DNA of 63,428 bases, the filler included, from Octopus bimaculoides (taxonomy: Eukaryota): assembly GCF_001194135.2 (NCBI RefSeq). It is 5 parts of 5 records of this genome, joined end to end, with 100 filler letters (N's around TTAATTAATTAA, not from the genome) between each part and the next. Parts side by side here need not be neighbours in the genome. Positions count along the whole stretch, not along the records: positions 45,663 to 59,545 come from NW_026346465.1; positions 59,646 to 63,428 come from NC_068999.1; 3 more parts are not named here. One strand, 5' to 3'. This document shows positions 49,991 through 61,345 of the stretch, one piece after another. The translations under genes and the position numbers were made by a program. How positions within the stretch are numbered: position 1 is the first letter of the stretch; the number at the start of each line of letters is the position of its first letter. Under the pieces are notes generated by a model, which worked only from the letters and a program-made list of their open reading frames with translations, searched no databases and was not told where the DNA came from.

Positions 49991-50905
49991 ATTACAATAA
50001 AAAAAATACAATAAATAAAAAAACAAATTAAAAATAAATAAGTAAATAAATAAATAATAAAAAAGAAAAATAAAGAAAAAAATAATAAAATTGAAAAATT
50101 AAGAATTAAAAAATAAAAAGATAAAACAATAAGAAAAAAATAAAAGCATAACATTTAACTTCCGGTTTCACGTTCATTTCCGGGGTTTATCTTCAAAATT
50201 TTTATTCTAATAATTATTTTCTTTTATTTATTTATTTATTTTATTCATTTTTTTCATTTCTTAATATTTTATTTATTTTTTATTTAATTTTTTAATTTTT
50301 AATATTTTATTTATTTATTTATTTATTTTATATATTTTATATATTTATTTTTAATTTAATTTATTTATTTTTAATTCTATTTATTTATTTTTAATTTAAT
50401 TAATTTATTTTAAATTTAATTTATTTATTTTTAATTTTATTAATTTTTTTTATTCATTGTATTTTTTATATTTTATTATTTTTATTTTCAATTTATTAAT
50501 TTTTTAATTTTATATATTTTTAATTATTTTATTTTATTTTCTAATTTTCATCGGAAGTGAAAGTGAAACTGGAAGTAAAAGTTAAACCGGAAGTGAAAGT
50601 GGAATCGGAAGTAAAAGTGAAATAAAAGAAAATTTAAAAAAATAAAATTATACTTCCGGTTTCACTTTGACTTCCGGTTTCACTTTTAATTCTGGTTTCA
50701 CATTTCCGGTTTCAATTTAACATCCGGTTTCACTTTCACTTCCAGTGAAAATAAGAAAATAAAAAACATAAATTAAGGATACAGAAAAATAAAAGATTTA
50801 AAAAATTAAAAAAGTAAAAAATTGAAATAAATAAAATAATAAAAAATAATAAAATTCAAAAATTCAAAAGATAAAACAATAAATAAATGAATACATAAAA
50901 TAATA
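49990..50905. repeat. AT-rich foldback with inverted 18-bp AAACCGGAAGTGAAAGTG arrays
   Basis: GGAAGT at 50553, 50571, 50589 and 50607; reverse copies at about 50652, 50670, 50688, 50702, 50720 and 50738, plus 50158; T-rich and A-rich flanks. Confidence 0.9.
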
Positions 50906-50949
50906 CAGGTGTGGCTGTGTGGTTTGCTCACTGCGGTTTGCTCACTGCG

Positions 50950-53357
50950 CATGTGCGTCAGACTTGCTACTTGCCGTCAACGAAGATAGACACGAGTTTC
51001 GGCTCTGTCTAAAAAAGGAAAAATTAAAGAATTCGCCGAGGTAAGTCGTTTTTGTTGCTCAGCTGGGCAGTAATTTATTGCTTCTATTTATTTTTTCAGT
51101 AAATTGTTGTCCAGCGGTGTGGCATCTTCGCTTTCCTTGGCGAGTTTTTTGCGTGTGTTCGTTGTACGAACAAATTTTGTATTCGCTGTTTGTGGGAGGC
51201 GGGTTCGCTTGCCCACAGTAGCGATAATTTTTGTTTTGACTTTGAGCCAAAAAAAAAAAAAGAAAAAAGCAACTTTGAGTGAAGTCGACCGAGGTGGGCG
51301 GAATTGGTTTTTGAGCTGTGTGTAATTTATTGTGTTTCTTTTTTCAGTAAATTCGCCAGCTCTAGAGCAGTTCCGTTTACTTTCGGCGACTTTAGGTTGT
51401 TGCTAATTTTTGTGGACAAAATTGTGTTTCTCGTTCGTCGTTATTGGTAGGCGTGTTCGAGTCACCATAAGGCGGACTGAGAATTTTTTGTGAAAAACTT
51501 TTTGTGTCTCACTTAATTGCGAGAACTGTTGTTTTTGTGGGCGTATCTCGCCTCCGAAAAACTTGCAAAAAATTCTAACAATTTGTGAAGGATTTCTCTG
51601 TGTTCCTGTTGCTGTGGCCCTGGATTACCCTTACTGGAATACCTTATTGGAATACCTGTAGGCTAGGATTACCGAGTGGCCGGAATTGTGTTGCTGTGAC
51701 TTGAACTGTCTTCCTTCCTTCTTTTTCTCTGCTCTGTCTTTCTGTTCTTTCTATATTTATTTATTTATCTATTTATTCATTTTTTGCTGTGAACCCTTTT
51801 GTTGAACTTTTCGTTGAACTTTAATTTAAAAAGAAATTTTTTTTTTTTGTGGAACATTCTGAACTTTTTTTGAAAACATGGCAGGAACTGTGTCCACCCA
51901 AGCAGTGGTTGAAAGAAATAGAGGAAAGAACAGTGACGCTCCGAACCTACTCAAAGGTGTTGGATAGCGTCACTGTCTTTCCTCAAACTATTATTGAAAA
52001 GGAACTTACGAATGTTAATGCCAACTTTAAATATATTTCAAGGGGAGTCAAATATGCAACCGTGTAGTTGCTTTTTGACTCCCCGAGTGAAGCTCGCAAA
52101 TTTGCGAGTGGGCCCATTGAGGGCAAAGAAATTTTGTTTCTGCCAACATATTGTGAACAAAAAATAACGAAGGCTTGGGTCTGCGGGTTGCCGCCTGGAA
52201 TAAATCCCGAGTGGATTGAAGATTCTTTCTGGCGGGGTCTGGCGGCACCGGAACCAAGCTCCTCAATGTAAAAATTTTGCCAGAAATTGACTGAGAGGGG
52301 TCAAAAGCGGTGTTGACCCTCTGGTCCCAGTCGATTGCGAGTCTGGTGTTTCCAGACTTTTTAAGGACGGCACAGGCAAGGTATCCAGTGATTCTGGAAG
52401 GACGCCCTCCTAAGTGTCACAAGTGCCTTGAATCCGGCTATTTAAAAAAGAACTGTCCCAAGGGCCGAGGTAAGGCCCCGGAGCAGAGGAAAAAAGAAAA
52501 TGTGCCCTCCGCCCCACCATTGGAGGGGGAGACGGAGGAAGTCGTGGAGGCGGTGGCCTCCACGAATAGAAAGAGGAAGGCGAGCAGCGGTGGTTACTCA
52601 CCAGGAGAAATAGAGGTTTCAGGAGAGGAGGAGGACACCTCGGGTGTGCCGAAGGATGCCCCGATCCCCGCAACCGGTAAAAGTAAAAAAAAAGAAAAGG
52701 AGAAAAGGGGGACGGTCGGTAGACGTGCTGCCGACCGAACCCGAGGCCTCTCCGATGAGAAGTGAGCCCCCAGAGAGGAAAACTCTGCCATCGGGAATTG
52801 TGCCGATGACAGAGTGGCGTGACGTCCCTCCCAGTGAGGATAATGATTATATTATCATGTACTATGAGGGACGAGCGGTGAATGAATTCTTGGACCGCGA
52901 GTGCGGCCAAGATAGGAGCTACTCGGATTGTGCGAGTAGTTCCACATGGCCTCCGCAGGTAATTGCGGAGGTTCTAAATGACAACATATTGGCAAAAGTC
53001 ATAGAAAAATATAACCATAAAGATTTCTTCTACCTCGCCGCAAATTCAAGCCTAACAATAGACACTTGTTTGGCAGGGGCAGCATATCTGCTTGCGGAGG
53101 GGTGGAATGAGGAAAATTGTGATATTTTTAATTGTTAATATATTGAAATTGTGGAAAAATTGTAATTTTAAAAAGAAAAAAATAACAATGTTTTCGAGGG
53201 GTTATCAGTCGGCGGGCACTGGTGCATCTCTCATTATTTGTTTCATACTTATCACCCTCATCTCATTAATGTCCATGTCCAGCCCGCAGCTACTTCATGT
53301 TTGTCTGTCTTTGTCTGTCCTCTCTATGTAACGCCGTTAATGGCGAAAATTATTGAT
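50950..53357 (+). mobile_element. ORF1-only (HAL1-like) Tx1/L1-type retroposon
   Basis: About 0.9-kb 5'UTR with duplicated monomers, disrupted gag-like ORF with zinc knuckle, about 200-bp 3'UTR, tail shared with the Tx1 relic and SINE A; no EN/RT between stop and tail. 5' boundary approximate. Confidence 0.75.
51878..53138 (+). pseudogene. LINE ORF1 (gag-like) protein, disrupted
   Basis: EERTVTLRTYSK..LFLPTY..WVCGLPPGINPEWI..YPVILEGRPPKCHKCLESGYLKKNC (CX2CX4[H>Y]X4C at 52415-52456), then basic/acidic low-complexity region; at least two stops and frameshifts. Confidence 0.82.
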
Positions 53358-53358
53358 A

Positions 53359-56300
53359 GAACGAACGACCGAACGAAATAACGAAAGAACGAACGTTAGA
53401 ACGAACGAAATAACGAAAAAACGAGCGAAATAACGAACGGTCGAACGAACGGTCGAACGAAAGGTCGAACGAAAGAAATAACGAACGAACGTACGAAATA
53501 ACGAATGAACGACATTGCGAATGAATGAACGAACGATCGGACGAACGAATGAAAGAACGAACGAAAAAACGAACGTACGAACGAACGAAATAACGGACGA
53601 AATAAGGAACGAACGAACGAACGATCGAACGAACGAAATAACGAACGAACGAAAGAACGACTGAACGAAAGAACGACCGAACTAAATAACGAAAGAACGA
53701 ACGAAGGAAATAAGGAACGAAATAACGAACGAACGAAATAAACAACGAAGGAAATAAGGAACGAACGAAAGAACGAATGATCGAAATAACGAACGAACGA
53801 ACGAAATACCGAACGGACGAAAGAACGAACGAAATAACGAACGAACGAACGAAAGAAATAAAGAAGGAACGAACAAACGAACAAAATAGCGAACGAACGA
53901 ACGAACGAAGTAACGAACGAATGAACGAAAGAACGAACGAAATAACGAACGAATGATCGAACAAAATAACGAGCGAAAGAACTGTCGAAATAACGAACGA
54001 ACGAACGAACGAACGTACGAAATAGCGAACGAACGAAAAAACGAACAAACGAAAGATCGAACGAATGAATGACATGACGAACGAACGAAGGAACGAAATA
54101 ATGAACGAACAAACGAAAGAACGAACGAACGAATGAATGAACGAATGAACGAACGAAATAACGTTAGAACGAACGAAGGAAATAACGAAAGAACGAACGA
54201 TAGAACGATCGAACGAAATAACGACCGAATGAACGAACGAACGAAATAACGAACGAACGAATGACAGACATATCGAACAAACGAAATAACGGACGAAATA
54301 ACGAACGAACAACCGAACGAATGAAGGATCGAAATAATGATGGAAAGAACGAACGAAAGAACGAACGAAATAACGAACGAACGAACGAACGTACGAAATA
54401 ACGAACGAACGAACGAACGTACGAAATAACGAACGAACGAAATAACGAAGGAATGAACGAAATAACAAAAAAGCGAACAGAGGAATGAACAAACGAACGA
54501 AATAGTGTACGAACGAACGAGATAACGAACGAACGAACGTAATAACGAACGAACGTAATAACGAACGAACGAAAAAAGGAATGAAATAACGTACGACGAA
54601 CGAACGAACTAACGTAATAACTAACGAACGTAATAACGAACGAAATAACGAACGAAATAACGAAAAAACGAACGAAGGAACGAATGAAATATCGAACGAA
54701 CGAACGAAATAACGAACGAAATAACGAACGAAATAACGAACGAAAAAACGAACGAACGAACGATCGAAAGAAATAGCGAAGGAAATAAAGAACGAACGAA
54801 AGAATTAACGAACGAACGAAAGAATTAACGAACGAACGAAAGAATTAACGAACGAACGAAAGAATTAACGAACGAACGAAATATTGAACTAACGAACGAA
54901 CGTTCGAATGAACGACCGAAATAACGAACGAACGAACGAACGAAGGAAATAATGAACGAACAAAAGAAATAACGAAGAAATGAACAAAGGAACGCAATAA
55001 CGAAGGAAATAACGAGCGAATCTACGAAATAATGAACGAACGAAAGAACTAAAAAAAACGAACAAACGATATAACGAACAAACGAACGAACGAAAGAAAT
55101 AACGAAAGAAAGAACGAAATAACGGATGAATGAAATAACGAACGAACGAAATAACGAACCAACTAACGAACGAAAGAACGAACAAGATAATGAACGAGCG
55201 AACGATCGAGCGAACGCAAATACAAACGAATGAAAGCAAGAGCGAACAAACAAAATAACGACCGAACCAACGCACGATCGAAATAACGAAAGAAATAACG
55301 AACGAACGAAATAACAAACGAACGAAATAACGAAAGAATGAACAAACGAACGAACGAAATAATGAACAAAATAACGAACGAAATAACGAACGTACGAAAT
55401 AAGAAAGGAAGGAACGAACGAACGAACGTTCGTAATAACGAACAAACAAACGAAAGAAATAACGAAAGAAATAACAATACAAAGAACGAACGAAATAACG
55501 AACGAATGGAGGTAGGAACAAATGAACGAAATAACGAACGAATGAACGAACGAACGAAATAAAGGAAAGAAATAACGAACGAACGAACGGACGGACGAAC
55601 GATCGAACGAACGAAATAACGAACGAACGGAATAACGAACGAACGAACGAAATAACGATCAAACGAACGAACGTACGAAATAACGAGCGAACGAACGAAG
55701 GAACGAACGAAATAACGAACGAACGAACGAAATAACGAACGAACGAAATAAAGAACGAACGAATGAACGAACAAAATGAGGAATGAACGGAAGAACGAAT
55801 GAACGAAAGAACGAACGAACGAAATAGCGAAGGAACTAAAGAATGAAATAACGAACACACGAACGAAGAAAAGAAAGAACGAACGAACGAACGAATGAAC
55901 GAAATAATGAAGGAACGAACGAACCATCGAACGAACGAACGATAAAACGAACGAACTAAATAACGAATGAACGACCGAAGAAAAGAAGGAATGAAATAGC
56001 AAACGAACGAAATAACGATCGAACTAAATAACGAATGAACGAACGAACTAAATAACGAATGAACGACCGAAGAAAAGAAGGAATGAAATAGCGAACGAAC
56101 GAAATAACGAATGAACGAACGAAATAAAAAACGAAGGAACAGAAGAAAGAATGAACGACTTAACGAACGAAATAAGGAACGAACGAACTAAAGAAATAAC
56201 GATCGAACGAAATAAATAATTAACGAACAAACGAAATAACGAATGAACGAAATAACGAACGAACGAAGAACGCAGGAACGAACGAACGAATGTACAAACG

Positions 56301-56669
56301 AAATAACGAACGAACGAACGAATGATCGAACGAAATAACGAACGAACGAACAAACGAACGAAATAACGAACGAACGAAAGAACGAAATAACCAATGAACG
56401 AACGAACGAACGAACAAAATATCGAACGAACGAACGAACGAAATAACGAACGAATGAAATGACAAACGGAGGAACAGAGGAACGAATGAACCAACGAAGG
56501 AAATAACGAAGGAAATAACGGACGAACGAACGAACGAACGATCGAACGAACGAAATAAAGAACAAACGAAAAAACGAACGAACGAACGAACGAAATAACG
56601 AACGGAATAACGAACGAAATAACGAAATACCGATCGAACGAAATACCGAACAAACAAAATACCGAACGA
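53359..56669 (+). repeat. CpG-rich satellite of AACG/AAAT/AATG/AAAG tetramers, at least 3.3 kb, running into a gap
   Basis: Direct reading; local 20-bp perfect repeats AACGAACGAACGAAAGAATT at about 54790-54880. Confidence 0.97.
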
Positions 56670-56818
56670 NNNNNNNNNNNNNNNNNNNNNNNNNNNNNNN
56701 NNNNNNNNNNNNNNNNNNNNNNNNNNNNNNNNNNNNNNNNNNNNNNNNNNNNNNNNNNNNNNNNNNNNNNNNNNNNNNNNNNNNNNNNNNNNNNNNNNNN
56801 NNNNNNNNNNNNNNNNNN

Positions 56819-56970
<152 letters not shown>

Positions 56971-57289
56971 GCATGTATGTATATATGTATATTTTAGAAA
57001 TAGAAGCTTCTTGAACGGTTTCTTTGGCTTTCAGGTTACTGATTATCCAAATGATCGTGCATTTGCTAAAAGAAAAAAGAAAAAAGAAAAAACAATCTAA
57101 CATAATTGGATGCAGGCAGAGTCACAGGTGTTAGGTTAAAGTTTTTTCCTTCTTGTGAGATGTCTAAACGAAGACTAAGATTGTTTCTTTCTCCCAGATG
57201 TTGGATGGCCGTTGATTTGACTGACTTCACCTGGCTTTTGCTCTAAGATTATATTTATTGTAATTTATCTCAGGAACATCTAGTTCTGA

Positions 57290-57375
57290 CATAGAAGACA
57301 CTTGTCGAAGGTGCCACGAAGTGGGACCGAATCCGGAACTATGTAGCTGGGAAGCAAACTTTTTACCACACATGC
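57290..57375 (-). mobile_element. SINE family B head fragment
   Basis: Minus strand GTGTGGTAAAAAGTTTGCTTCC..GTGGCACCTTCGACAAGTGTCTTCT. Confidence 0.75.
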
Positions 57376-57554
57376 CTATTCATCTATACTTCCCCTACTT
57401 TTTCCTCTTAGCCTATCTTGATAGGCATTACTCCGCCTTATATGACTCATCGTTGACATTCATATACCTAGATAGGAATCGATATTAATACAGCCAGATA
57501 AGCAGGTCATCAACATCGAAAGATATCAATTACTTCTGTATACCTTATACGGTG

Positions 57555-57923
57555 TGGAGGCGCAATAGCCTAGTGGTTAGGGTAGCGGACTTGCGGTCAT
57601 AGGATCGCGGTTTCGATTCCCAGACCGGGCGTTGTGAGTGTTTATTGAGCGAAAACACCTAAAGCACAACAGAAACTCTTACTTCCTGTTTCTGTTGTGC
57701 CTGTATTTCAAAGGGTCAGCCTTGTCACACTGTGTCACGCTGAATATCCCCGAGAACTACGTTAAGGGTACACGTGTCTGTAGAGTGCTTAGCCACTNNN
57801 NNNNNNNGGGTACACGTGTCTGTAGAGTGCTTAGCCACTTGCACGTTAATTTCACTAGCAGGCTGTTCCACTGATCGGATCAACTGGAACCCTCGACGTC
57901 GTAAGCGACGGAGTGCCAACAAC
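57555..57923 (+). mobile_element. SINE family E with TSD and internal deletion
   Basis: Homologous to 24527; 13-bp TSD ACCTTATACGGTG at 57542-57554 and 57924-57936; (CAA) tail. Confidence 0.93.
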
Positions 57924-57954
57924 ACCTTATACGGTGGTAGGACTATTCTATATT

Positions 57955-58255
57955 TTTGAGATGAGAAATTATATATATTATTTACAATGGTATCCTCACC
58001 TTGTTTGTTGTTACCACAACGTTTCGGCTGATGTTCTCTCCAGCCTTCATCGGGTCGTGTGTAAGAGTGCGAGCTACTAACCCTCGGATTCTGAGTTCAA
58101 TGCCTGGCAGGGACTTGGAAAATGATATCCACAAAAATAACACCAGCAAAAAAAGAATACCCTAGGAATGAGAACAGAGTACCCCATTAGTCAAATAAAG
58201 GGTTGGGTTCGAAATTCCACCAGAGCAACACCGAAATGTGGTAACAGCAAACAAA
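57955..58255. mobile_element. Penelope-LTR-like inverted structure with hammerhead-like motif and tRNA-like segment
   Basis: Minus strand 58013-58058 ACGAC-CCGATGA-A-GGCTG..CAGCC-GAAACGTT-GTGGT; B-box-like GAGTTCAATGCC at 58093; inverted partial copy at 58231-58254. Confidence 0.55.
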
Positions 58256-58294
58256 CTTTAAATAGAGCTCAAAACTGATCCATTGAAAATACTT

Positions 58295-58346
<52 letters not shown>

Positions 58347-58650
58347 GGATCAGTTTTGAATTCTATTTAAAGTTTATATATATATATATATATATANNNN
58401 NNNNNNNNNNNNNNNNNNNNNNNNNNNNNNNNNNNNNNNNNNNNNNNNNNNNNNNNNNNNNNNNNNNNNNNNNNNNNNNNNNNNNNNNNNNNNNNNNNNN
58501 NNNNNNNNNNNNNNNNNNNNNNNNNNNNNNNNNNNNNNNNNNNNNNNNNNNNNNNNNNNNNNNNNNNNNNNNNNNNNNNNNNNNNNNNNNNNNNNNNNNN
58601 NNNNNNNNNNNNNNNNNNNNNNNNNNNNNNNNNNNNNNNNNNNNNNNNNN

Positions 58651-58683
<33 letters not shown>

Positions 58684-58739
58684 GAAATATTCAAACTTCA
58701 ATACAGTTATCAGTGAAGAGGGACAATTCTAGACTGACA

Positions 58740-59070
58740 GAAGTAAAGGCCACTTTCTTCTATCATAGCGAAACTGGAAAGATGTCGTGTCAGGCCGACG
58801 TACCTTGAAATTTTGGATGGAAAAGGACATGTGTTCAATGTTAGAAAATAAACTATTGAACCAAGTGGGAGTAATTAGGAGGAAGGGCTCCTTAGCTGGA
58901 GTAGAAATATCTCGGATTAGTGAGAGTCTGAGAGACCCTGTGGATGGACTACAAACGATGGTCGGAGTTGAAAACAGAGAGGTCGGAGTTGAAAGCAGGG
59001 AGAAGAGTAGACAGGAGGAAAAGGGATATGGGGATGGGGGGCTGTTAAAGATGAGGAACAGGAATGTTAT
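58740..59070 (+). other. Purine-rich degenerate coding-like segment, possibly another LINE ORF1 relic
   Basis: LEILDGKGHVFNV and a GWKRTCVQC*K-like knuckle remnant in different frames; weak. Confidence 0.25.
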
Positions 59071-59481
59071 ACAGTGAACTTTGATACTATGATGGGTGGA
59101 CACGCAGGGTAAATGAACCAACTAGATAATGAATTACTTGAAATTCAAAGACGACTCACCGAGTTAATGAATGCTCAACAAGAAAAATCTCGGATCTTTT
59201 TTAAAACGGGGGCCACATTTTTCATTAATGTTTTACGTAGTGTTTTTGGTACCGAAAGACCTTCAAACTTCGTATACTTATCTATTTTGTGTTATAGAAC
59301 AGAAAAATATTTTTGTATTCGAATTTATTTCATGTAAAAAATTGTCTTATTTCGATAATTTCAACCAATCACTGACAAGTATTCAGTTGTTTTCATTTAC
59401 TCCTTTGGCTGATTAAGCGGTGTAAAGCGTATTTAATCTCCATACCTTCGTTTTATTTGCTTTTTTCATTTTAAATTTGCT

Positions 59482-59533
59482 TTAACCCTAACCCTAACTC
59501 TAACCCTAGGGTTAGGGTTAGGGTTAGGGTTAA
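59482..59533. repeat. 52-bp palindrome of telomeric repeats, (TAACCC)4 TA (GGGTTA)4
   Basis: 26-bp arms with 1 mismatch, centred on CCCTAGGG. Confidence 0.95.
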
Positions 59534-59647
59534 TTGTTTCAGAATNNNNNNNNNNNNNNNNNNNNNNNNNNNNNNNNNNNNNNNNNNNNTTAATTAATTA
59601 ANNNNNNNNNNNNNNNNNNNNNNNNNNNNNNNNNNNNNNNNNNNNTA

Positions 59648-59703
<56 letters not shown>

Positions 59704-60644
59704 TATATACATATATATGCATATATTTTTAAATATATATATATATAGATATATTTACATATATACATATATGTACATGCATATATATATACATATGTAT
59801 ATACATATATCTATATACACATATATATGCATACACACTCACACACACATACATATATATGTATGTGTATTCATACACCTGTACGCAAATAAATGAACCA
59901 TCAGATACTTTATGTCTTCAGATAGGACTCTCACTGGCAATTCTCTAAGAAGTTATGGCTTAAAGTGAACTGTATACTCTGTATTCTGTCACTACAATAT
60001 AATGTTGCCAAGGCAACACAATGATATATAACTTTTTCTATTACTTTTGCATATTCATCAAATATTTTGATTCTCATTTACATTACAATCTTTTTTTTAT
60101 GTTTTAACTTCTCTATTTCCTGTCTGTGACATTTGAAAAATAAAATTCTTAAATAAGAAAATAATATATAATACAGAATAATTTTATATTCGATACTAAA
60201 TATTATAACATTTACGTCTTGCTTTTGTTTTCCCTTTAAATAAATCCATTTTTTTTTTGTTTTTCAGTTCGAATTTTCAAACGTCTTTTTTCGCTAGAAT
60301 TTGTTGGAAACCTTCCTTAAAATAATTATTTTCCTTTGTAAGTTTAAATATCTTAAAATAATCTCTTAAATATTATAAATATTGCCTGATTCATAAAAAA
60401 AGGGTTGTGGAAGAGAATAGAATGAACTTCACCTCATTATACCCCTGTTATTTAGATCATGATGTAATTATGTTTGTGCGTGTATGTTCATGTATACATA
60501 TATATATATATAAAAGGGAAAATGATAAGACAGATGGAAATATAGAAAGTTTGAAAGAGGTGGATATCTCGCTAAAGAGGAGTGGATAATGGCGTATATA
60601 ATTTGCTACGATAGCATAATGAGAAAACTGTATATTCTTTTCTA

Positions 60645-60848
60645 CTCAAGGCACCAGGCTCGAAATTTTGGGGAGGGAAACAATCGATTGAATCAACTCC
60701 ACTACGCAACTGGTGCTTAATTTATCGACTCCGAAAGATGAAAGGCAAGGTCGACCTCGGTGGAATTTGAACTCAATACGTAAAGACAAACGAAATACGG
60801 CTAAGCATTTCACTCGGCGTGCTAACGTTTCTGCCCGCTCACCGCCTT
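60645..60848 (-). mobile_element. SINE family A, full length (standard tail)
   Basis: Head GGCGGTGAGCGGGCAGAAACGTTAGCACGCC, core and CCCCAAAATTTC tail. Confidence 0.9.
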
Positions 60849-61219
60849 GGGAAAACTGTATATTAAAGAGGAGTGCGAAAGTAAACAAGAAAATGTAAGC
60901 TTTAATATCATAATATAGGACATGTAATAGAAAATGAGGGATAGTGGGGAGAGGAGCTAAAGTCCGCAGGTTTTAGTTAACGTAATGCTGAAGAATAAGG
61001 AAGTATGGAGGAAAGAGAAGCACTGCAGCGTTTAAAAGAAGCAATAATAAAGCAAAACAAGAGTAGGCCATAATCCAAAAGATAAATTCGAGAATTTTTG
61101 AATTTGAGTAAAAACAAAAGAAAAAAAAAATTATCAGTAGTTTTCTTTTACTTGCGAAATGCTCTTCAACAGACTTATTTATTCAGGAGACTTAAGCACA
61201 AAATTTAAGAAGCAAATGA

Positions 61220-61345
61220 GACCGATAGAATAAGTACTAGGCTTACAAAGAATAAGTCCTGGAGTCGATTTGCTCGACTAAAGGCGGTGCTCCAGCATGG
61301 CCACAGTCAAATGACTGAAACAAGTAAACGAGTTTGTAAAAGAGT
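61220..61345 (+). mobile_element. SINE family B tail
   Basis: GAGACCGATAGAATAAGTACTAGGCTTACAAAGAATAAGTCC..GAAACAAG. Confidence 0.9.

Noticed and set aside
53350-56657. Long FVRS-repeat ORFs on the minus strand (up to 380 aa)
   Set aside because: (CGTT)n simply lacks stops; the ORFs overlap in all three frames.
53359-56669. CRISPR-like array
   Set aside because: There is no constant repeat with unique spacers; the context is a eukaryotic satellite.
59482-59533. Telomere-telomere fusion site
   Set aside because: The orientation is wrong and the tract has only 4+4 repeats.
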